In this document: positions 58,055-64,000 of the stretch, piece after piece | Numbering within the stretch: the stretch's first letter is position 1 | How the letters are laid out: each line of letters begins with the position of its first letter | NCBI GenBank assembly: GCA_047602425.1 | Contig: JASGHG010000001.1 | Coordinates: 768,001 to 832,000, forward strand | Direction of reading: 5' to 3' | Source: Nibricoccus sp. | GTDB lineage: Bacteria; Verrucomicrobiota; Verrucomicrobiia; Opitutales; Opitutaceae | Length of the DNA stretch: 64,000 bases | Translations under genes and position numbers: made by a program | Notes under the pieces: model-generated | Databases searched by the model: none | Seen by the model: only the letters and a program-made list of their open reading frames with translations | What the model was told of the DNA's origin: nothing

Positions 58055-59218
58055 ATGAGCATAGCTACCACTTCACATTTCAAAAAACGCCCTGCGAAGA
58101 AAACTGCGGCCAAAGGAGATAACCGAACCATCCGTTACGCGGTTGTCGGACTTGGCCATATCAGTCAGGCTGCTGTGCTGCCTGCGTTCGCCCATACGAA
58201 AAACTCCGAACTCACGGCGCTCGTTTCCGGGGATGGGACAAAGTTGAAAGCCCTGAAAAAGAAATACGGGGTCGAAAAGGTTTACAGCTACGAGGAGTAC
58301 AGCCAATGCCTGGCCGATCCCGAGATCGATGCCGTTTACATTGCATTGCCCAACGATCTTCACTGCGAGTATGCGTTGCGGGCCGCGGCGGCGGGAAAGC
58401 ATATTCTCTGCGAAAAACCGCTCGCGGACACCGCGCGCGACGCGGAATTGATGACCTCCGTGGCAAAACACCACGGCGTGCTTCTGATGACTGCTTACCG
58501 GTTGCATTTTGAACCGGGAACTTTGGCTTCATTGGAATTGGTTCGTTCCGGAAAAATCGGGGAGGTCCGTTATTTTAACTCCTCCTTTAGTTATCAACTC
58601 ACCGACAACGAAAACATCCGTCTCGACTCCGCGCGCGCAGGCGGTCCTCTGCTCGATATCGGAATCTATTGTATCAACGCCTGCCGGATGTTGTTCGGCG
58701 ACGAACCGACGGAGGTTTCCGCATTTTTTTCGCGCGATCAGGATCCACGCTTTCGCGAGGTGGAAAAATCCGCCGCGGTGATTTTGCGTTTCCCGCGCGG
58801 CAAGCTCGGCGCCTTCACCATCAGCTTCGACGCCGCATCGATGTCCCGGGCCGAAGTCGTGGGTTCAAAGGGCAGCCTCGTCCTCGAGCCAGCTTACGAA
58901 TACGAGGAAGGGCTGAAACAAGTCGTAACGATCGACGAAAAACCAGAGACCAAAAAGTTTCCGAAAACCGATCAGTTCGCTGCCGAAATCGAGGTTTTCT
59001 CCAATTGCATCGTCAATGGCCGCGAACCCGAACCATCAGGTGAAGAAGGAATCGCCGATTTGCGCGTGATCGATGCGATCTTCGAATCCGCCGCCACCGG
59101 GCGCGCCGTGAGCCTGCCGTCTTTTAAACGACGCCGTCACGCCGATTCAAACCGGGCCTTGCGAAAACCGCCCACCACAACACCGCGAATCGTCAAGGCC
59201 ACGGCTCCTCACAACTGA
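58055..59218 (+). CDS. Gfo/Idh/MocA oxidoreductase (glucose-fructose oxidoreductase-like)
   Basis: YAVVGLG, DAVYIALPN..H, GKHILCEKP, AYRLHFEP, GGPLLDIGIYC. Confidence 0.9.
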   Translation: MSIATTSHFKKRPAKKTAAKGDNRTIRYAVVGLGHISQAAVLPAFAHTKNSELTALVSGDGTKLKALKKKYGVEKVYSYEEYSQCLADPEIDAVYIALPNDLHCEYALRAAAAGKHILCEKPLADTARDAELMTSVAKHHGVLLMTAYRLHFEPGTLASLELVRSGKIGEVRYFNSSFSYQLTDNENIRLDSARAGGPLLDIGIYCINACRMLFGDEPTEVSAFFSRDQDPRFREVEKSAAVILRFPRGKLGAFTISFDAASMSRAEVVGSKGSLVLEPAYEYEEGLKQVVTIDEKPETKKFPKTDQFAAEIEVFSNCIVNGREPEPSGEEGIADLRVIDAIFESAATGRAVSLPSFKRRRHADSNRALRKPPTTTPRIVKATAPHN

Positions 59219-59240
59219 GATCCCTCCCACTCCATAAAAA

Positions 59241-60740
59241 ATGAAATCTTACTGGCATCAGGCGGAAAAAAATCGCCGTTATCCGAAACTGGATCGCGAT
59301 CTCAAGGTCGATGTCGCCATTATTGGCGGGGGAATCACAGGTATAACCGCCGCCTATCTCCTAAAGCAACGGGGGCTCAGCGTTGCGGTCATCGAACGCG
59401 AATATATTGGCGGAGGGATGACAGGCCAAACCACCGCCCATCTCACCTGCGAGATCGATCAACGTCTTCACGAGCTTGAAAAAAGTTTTGGTCCTTCCAC
59501 GGCGCGCGACGTCTGGTACGCCGGCGCGGCTGCGATTCATCAAATTTCGGAGCTGGTCCGCACCCTCGGCATCGATTGCAATTTCCAATGGGTGCCAGGG
59601 ATTTACTACGCGGCCAGCACCGACGATTATGGGCTTGTCGAAAAGGAAGCCCAGACCGCACGCGCCCTGCATATAGCGAGTGAGCTACGCTCGCACGTGC
59701 CTTTTTTTAATGCGCCCGGCGTTATTTTTCCTAACCAGGCGAAATTTCATCCCTTGCATTATCTCGCGGGAATCCTGCGCCACTTGGAAACGAGCGGCTG
59801 CGAAATATTCGAACAAACAGGCGTGACTGAAATCGAAGACGACCCGCTCGTGCTTACCACTCCCCACGGCAAAATCACCTGCGGTCATGTCGTCATCGCC
59901 ACGCACTACCCTCTTTCTGGAACTGCCGGGGCATTGCGCACGGTTCTGTTCCAGACCAAGCTCGCGCCTTACAGCACGTATGTCATCGGCGGCGAGGTGC
60001 CGAAAGGAACGATTCCCGACGCCCTTTTCTGGGACACGCACGACCCCTATCACTATTTGCGAATCGAAAGTGGCGACGACACCGACTATGCGATCTTTGG
60101 CGGCGGCGACCACAAAACCGGCCAGATGCACGACCCAGCGACCATTTACCAAAAACTCAAGGAACGTCTCTGGAAATTCGCCCCCGCCGCGTTTGTCGAT
60201 AATGAATGGAGTGGGCAGGTGATCGAAACGACGGACGGCTTGCCCTACATCGGTTATATCTCCGGCCGGCAATTCATCTCCACCGGTTACTCCGGCAATG
60301 GAATGACCTTCGGGACGCTCGGCGCCATGATGGCGACCGACGCGATCATGGGAAAGGAAAACCATTGGAGTAAATTATTCTCGCCCGATCGCGTCAGGAT
60401 TCGAGGCAGTGCCGGGACATACATCGACGAAAACAAGGACTATCCCATTAATTTGCTTTGCGGGTGGTTGAAATCCACGGACAACCGAAAACCCATCGAA
60501 CTGGCGGTTGATGAAGGTTCGATTTTCAGTGTAAACGGTCAAAGAATGGCCGTGTACAAAAGCAAAGACGGGATGCTGCACTACCATTCGGCGGTCTGCA
60601 CGCATCTGGGTTGTATTGTGGCGTGGAATCCGGCGGAAAAAACCTGGGATTGCCCCTGCCACGGCTCGCGTTTTCACGCCACAGGCGAAGTCATGGCCGG
60701 TCCGGCCGAGCGACCGTTGGAAAAATTCCCTCCGCCTTGA
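59241..60740 (+). CDS. FAD-dependent oxidoreductase with C-terminal Rieske domain (YhfW-like)
   Basis: [22 protein letters not shown]; Rieske motifs CTHLGC and CPCHGSRF. Confidence 0.93.
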   Translation: MKSYWHQAEKNRRYPKLDRDLKVDVAIIGGGITGITAAYLLKQRGLSVAVIEREYIGGGMTGQTTAHLTCEIDQRLHELEKSFGPSTARDVWYAGAAAIHQISELVRTLGIDCNFQWVPGIYYAASTDDYGLVEKEAQTARALHIASELRSHVPFFNAPGVIFPNQAKFHPLHYLAGILRHLETSGCEIFEQTGVTEIEDDPLVLTTPHGKITCGHVVIATHYPLSGTAGALRTVLFQTKLAPYSTYVIGGEVPKGTIPDALFWDTHDPYHYLRIESGDDTDYAIFGGGDHKTGQMHDPATIYQKLKERLWKFAPAAFVDNEWSGQVIETTDGLPYIGYISGRQFISTGYSGNGMTFGTLGAMMATDAIMGKENHWSKLFSPDRVRIRGSAGTYIDENKDYPINLLCGWLKSTDNRKPIELAVDEGSIFSVNGQRMAVYKSKDGMLHYHSAVCTHLGCIVAWNPAEKTWDCPCHGSRFHATGEVMAGPAERPLEKFPPP

Positions 60741-60746
60741 GCACGT

Positions 60747-60959
60747 TCAGGCCGGAGGCGTGCGTGACTTCGCTTCTTCGATCTCTTTCGAAGAATTCAC
60801 CACCGACTGGTCAGGGTTGGCTTCGTCCGCATAGGGCTGCGAAGGCGTTACGTGCGGACCCAGCGAGCCTCGATTGGTGCGAGTGCTCCTCGAAAAAAAG
60901 ATGGCGGCAATAACAACAAGCACAGCCGCGCCGCAGATGATTAACAAAATATAGCCCAT
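60747..60959 (-). CDS. Small single-TM hypothetical protein
   Basis: MGYILLIICGAAVLVVIAAIFF followed by a polar tail; start ATG 60959. Confidence 0.6.
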   Translation of the reverse strand: MGYILLIICGAAVLVVIAAIFFSRSTRTNRGSLGPHVTPSQPYADEANPDQSVVNSSKEIEEAKSRTPPA

Positions 60960-61199
60960 GGCCGACGGTACGCCATGGATGAAAGATGAACTATCGGCGA
61001 TTCTCCGCGGCGAATCATCATCTTTTTCGCGAACTTCATATCCACGGTGATGTGCATGGCTACACCCAACGCGGCAGTAGCGCAGCGGCACAATGAATCA
61101 GATTCGTTCTGCGAGCGTTTTCACGCGGGATTTTTTCCGGAGATAGAACCCTCACTGCCCCCCATGGAATCCGTTGCCCGCGCCGTTTAAAATATCGAT

Positions 61200-61838
61200 A
61201 TGCCCATTAACAAAGATCAGCTCACGAGCATTGCCGAACACTTCCTCCGCGTTACGCCCATGATCGTCTTGATCGTGATCGGAGCTATCCTTCTCAATAT
61301 TATTTTAGGTCGGCTGCTGGGCCTTCTTGCTCATAAAACCAGTCTCACGCCCAAGGAGATCGGCCCCGCCCGCACCCTCATCAATTGGCTCATCTATCTC
61401 GCCGCGCTTGTGTTTATATTGCAGGCGTTCGGCTTCAATATAGGCGGTCTGTGGGGCATGCTTTCAACGCTGTTCGCCATGGTGGCCATCGGCTTCGTCG
61501 CGATGTGGAGTATCTTGAGCAACAGTCTTTGCACCGTGCTCATCCTCATCTTTCGGCCGTTTTCGGTCGGAGACGAAATCGAGTTCCCTGGAGAACCGGT
61601 GAAAGGCCGGGTCGTCGATCTAAATTTTATCTACACGACAATAGAAGTGGAACCGGGCGTGGTGATCCAAATTCCCAACAACTTCTTTTTTCAAAAGAAC
61701 CTCAAACGCCGGCATAGTGCCGCTTCCATCTCACTGGCTGACCAGCTGAGGACCAAGGCGCCCCAGATGTCCCAGGCCGAGGAACAAGCGGCGCTGCGTG
61801 CGGCCATCGCTTCGCCCACCGCTCAAAACCATCCGTAA
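61200..61838 (+). CDS. Small-conductance mechanosensitive channel family (MscS, lacking C-terminal domain)
   Basis: Three TMs; ILSN..ILIFRPFSVGDEIE, GRVVDLNFIYT, IPNN. Confidence 0.88.
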   Translation: MPINKDQLTSIAEHFLRVTPMIVLIVIGAILLNIILGRLLGLLAHKTSLTPKEIGPARTLINWLIYLAALVFILQAFGFNIGGLWGMLSTLFAMVAIGFVAMWSILSNSLCTVLILIFRPFSVGDEIEFPGEPVKGRVVDLNFIYTTIEVEPGVVIQIPNNFFFQKNLKRRHSAASISLADQLRTKAPQMSQAEEQAALRAAIASPTAQNHP

Positions 61839-61889
61839 CCAACAATAAGATGCCGTGAAACCACGGCCTTGGATTTAAAGGAGTGCATC

Positions 61890-62294
61890 ATGAACAAAAA
61901 GCAACCGCCAAAAGGCAAAGTCCTTCTGCATGGCAAGGGCATAGGCGCCGTCACCAAAAGCGACATCGAGCGTCGCGCACGGGAACTTGCGGCCTTGGCC
62001 GGCCATCCCGCCCAACCGGAGTTCACCGAGAAATATCTCGCTCAAGCCAAACGTGAGTTAAGCGGCGAAAATCTGCCGCCGACCACCGATGAAGCGGACG
62101 AGATTCCGCAGGCGATCAGCCGCGACCCCTCGGAACCGGTCGCGCAATTTGGCCATCAAGTCCCGGACATGGAGGAGCCAAACGAGCAGACGACCCTGGA
62201 AAATCTCGCCGAGGAGGGCGTGGAAGAGGCTCAGCACGAGCAAATGCTCGCAGCCCGAAAACGCGCACAGCAGGAAGACAACGAGCAGACTTAA
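61890..62294 (+). CDS. Acidic hypothetical protein
   Basis: AAAGGAG RBS before the ATG; DIERRARELA..QAKREL..EGVEEAQHEQM. Confidence 0.7.
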   Translation: MNKKQPPKGKVLLHGKGIGAVTKSDIERRARELAALAGHPAQPEFTEKYLAQAKRELSGENLPPTTDEADEIPQAISRDPSEPVAQFGHQVPDMEEPNEQTTLENLAEEGVEEAQHEQMLAARKRAQQEDNEQT

Positions 62295-62338
62295 CTTCGT
62301 CACAAGTAACTCTCGCGAAAAATACCGGGATCACGAAA

Positions 62339-62370
62339 CGGGTCCGTCCCGATACGGACCCGCGGCTTTT
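62339..62370 (+). terminator. Terminator-like hairpin
   Basis: Stem CGGGTCCGT (62339-62347) / ACGGACCCG (62354-62362), followed by CGGCTTTT. Confidence 0.45.
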
Positions 62371-62387
62371 CATGCTATGTTGAAAAT

Positions 62388-62723
62388 ATGAAAAAAACTC
62401 CGACCAGAGACGCCGCATCGACCGCCCCAACTCCGGAATCCTACGCCGCTCCTTCGCAAGAGGAGATCGCTCGGCGCGCTTACGATCTGTGGCTTCAAGA
62501 CGGCTGTCCGATGGGACGCTCCGTTTACCACTGGCATGAGGCGGAGCGCCAGCTTCGGCAGTCGGAACAAAATCCCAACCTAAACAAAGGTCAGCCTTCG
62601 TCCGCCTCGACAGATGAACGTTCGATCGCCGCGCTGACCGACGATTCCTCCCCTTACAACGGGCTGGAAAAGGAAACTCCGCGGAGTGCCAAAGCGCCCC
62701 GCGATCTCGCGAAGCGAACTTGA
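62388..62723 (+). CDS. DUF2934-domain protein
   Basis: EEIARRAYDLWLQDGCPMGRSVYHWHEAERQL. Confidence 0.9.
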   Translation: MKKTPTRDAASTAPTPESYAAPSQEEIARRAYDLWLQDGCPMGRSVYHWHEAERQLRQSEQNPNLNKGQPSSASTDERSIAALTDDSSPYNGLEKETPRSAKAPRDLAKRT

Positions 62724-62759
62724 GTCGCCAAATTTATTTAACCTTCAACAACCTCCAAT

Positions 62760-63026
62760 ATGGCCGACCGCAAGCTTCCCATTCTTTATATCAAACCGGG
62801 ATGCCCTTGGTGCCGGGAAGTGGTGGAATTTCTCATGGCGCAGGGAATAGCGTACGAGGAAAAAGACGTGATCGCCGATGCTCAAGCGCGGACCGAAATG
62901 GAGCGAATTTCGAAACAAACCAAAGCCCCCACCCTGGACTGGCACGGCAAAATCCTCGCCGATTTTGGAGTCGAGGAATTGAAGGCGTTTCTTGTACAAC
63001 AAAACGTCGAGTTGGAAGACAGCTGA
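62760..63026 (+). CDS. Glutaredoxin-like protein
   Basis: LYIKPGCPWC, QTKAPTL, LADF. Confidence 0.9.
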   Translation: MADRKLPILYIKPGCPWCREVVEFLMAQGIAYEEKDVIADAQARTEMERISKQTKAPTLDWHGKILADFGVEELKAFLVQQNVELEDS

Positions 63027-63065
63027 AGCGGGAGCGGTCGGGTCACCTCCACTCGCCGCCTGCGT

Positions 63066-63416
63066 TTATCTCTGCGCGCTCCGATGGCTCTTGGTTCTCG
63101 CGCCCTGACGGCCGGTTTGGAAACGTCGCGCTTTGCCCAGCTCCAGCAGCAGCACTTCCTTTTGGCCAAAAACTTTTCCCACTTCGACACTCCAGGGTTT
63201 TAGTTTCTTGGGCTGGTTCGTACAAACCAGCAGCTGGCGCGCTTGCTCACGCCGCAGGGACGCGTTTCCGCCATCGAACCAGACGCCGCTTGCATCCAAA
63301 ATAGTGAAGCCCGACGGAAAATATTTCGCGGTGACCTTCTTTAAGAGCTTCTCGTCTTCCAGGGTGAACTTTCGCCGTTTGTTGCGCGCTCCGACGAGCA
63401 GGGAAAACGCTTTCAT
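63066..63416 (-). CDS. DUF3574-like hypothetical protein
   Basis: VTAKYFPSGFTILDASGVW..RE..F.QKEVL; start probably ATG 63416. Confidence 0.6.
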   Translation of the reverse strand: MKAFSLLVGARNKRRKFTLEDEKLLKKVTAKYFPSGFTILDASGVWFDGGNASLRREQARQLLVCTNQPKKLKPWSVEVGKVFGQKEVLLLELGKARRFQTGRQGARTKSHRSAQR

Positions 63417-63481
63417 TTCTTCGACGACAACTGGCACCCGACCGTCAGCTTTATGTTGATACAAATTTCTTCGGCAGGATC

Positions 63482-64000
63482 TTAGGCTGCCGGGTCCAAC
63501 ACTACTTTTATGCAGTTATCCCGCTTTTCGACGAACATGGGATAAGCCTCGCCTGCCTGGCTGAGCGGGACGCGGTGCGTCACAACGAAGGAGGGATCGA
63601 TTTTCTTCTCTTCGATCAAGCGTAGCAAGGGCGCCATGTATTTCTGCATGTGCGTTTGTCCCATTTTAAAGGTAAGGCCTTTGTTCATCGCCGCACCGAA
63701 AGGCACTTTGTCCAAAAGCCCGCCATAGACCCCGGGGACGGAAACATTGCCTGCTTTGCGCGTGCACCGAATGGCCTGGCGGAGCGCGTACGGGCGATCC
63801 GTTTCGAGTTTCAACGTCTGTTTAATGTCGTCGTAAGCCGATCCGTGCGCCTCCAGCCCGACAGCGTCGATGGACGCATCCGGCCCCCGGCCGCCCGTGA
63901 GCGCTTTGAGCTCCTCCATCACGTCTCCGCCGGAATCCAGCGTGTAAGCGCCGGAGGCCTCCGCCATCGCGCGGCGTTCGGGCACCGAATCAATCGCTAT
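63482..64000 (-). CDS. Zn-dependent alcohol/aldehyde dehydrogenase (YbdR-like), C-terminal part; continues beyond right edge
   Basis: [56 protein letters not shown]. Confidence 0.9.
   Translation of the reverse strand: MAIDSVPERRAMAEASGAYTLDSGGDVMEELKALTGGRGPDASIDAVGLEAHGSAYDDIKQTLKLETDRPYALRQAIRCTRKAGNVSVPGVYGGLLDKVPFGAAMNKGLTFKMGQTHMQKYMAPLLRLIEEKKIDPSFVVTHRVPLSQAGEAYPMFVEKRDNCIKVVLDPAA

Noticed and set aside
49844..60975. Other GG-N10-GC matches (49846 plus, 57820 plus, about 60973 minus)
   Set aside because: Poor -12 boxes, no paired UAS at the expected distance, and one is too close to the ATG; likely chance in GC-rich DNA
1..64000. CRISPR arrays, tRNA/rRNA, riboswitches, integrases, transposases, defence systems
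   Set aside because: No regularly spaced direct repeats, cloverleaf or known riboswitch cores, or matching protein motifs found by eye; Infernal and CRISPR scans were not run

Overview
Bacterial chromosomal DNA of moderately high GC. The gene set suggests a soil or aquatic Verrucomicrobiota (Opitutaceae-like) organism, but that is inference only. There are two blocks. (1) 1-8.8 kb, minus strand: a beta-mannan/glucomannan catabolic cluster with GH2 beta-mannosidase (runs off the left edge), two GH130 phosphorylases, cellobiose 2-epimerase, a GH94 phosphorylase and a CE7 esterase. (2) About 9.3-64 kb: a very large general-stress/desiccation cluster. It contains three DUF892 ferritin-like proteins, DUF4142, CsbD, ElaB/YqjE/YqjK-like proteins, BON and PRC-barrel proteins, PfpI, TreX/TreY/TreZ, GH15, GH133, OpgH, tkt/tal, MscS, dodecin, glutaredoxin and many small membrane proteins. 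Interleaved with these are several two-component modules: an AlgB/KinB-like sigma54 activator pair, a NarL-type regulator, and YfiR plus a multi-PAS hybrid kinase. The most striking observation is regulatory. Two outward-facing sigma54 promoters flank the activator locus. Each has a pair of GCA-N3-(T/C)GC palindromic sites spaced exactly 31 bp apart, 80-81 bp upstream of the -24 GG, with an IHF-like site between. This suggests a sigma54-driven stress cascade. A degenerate 14-bp palindrome also recurs in many intergenic regions. Other observations are a REP/MITE-like element, a frameshifted NRAMP gene and an apparently split OpgH. No rRNA, tRNA, CRISPR array, transposase or integrase was seen. 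All family assignments come from motif recognition by eye, with no database searches.
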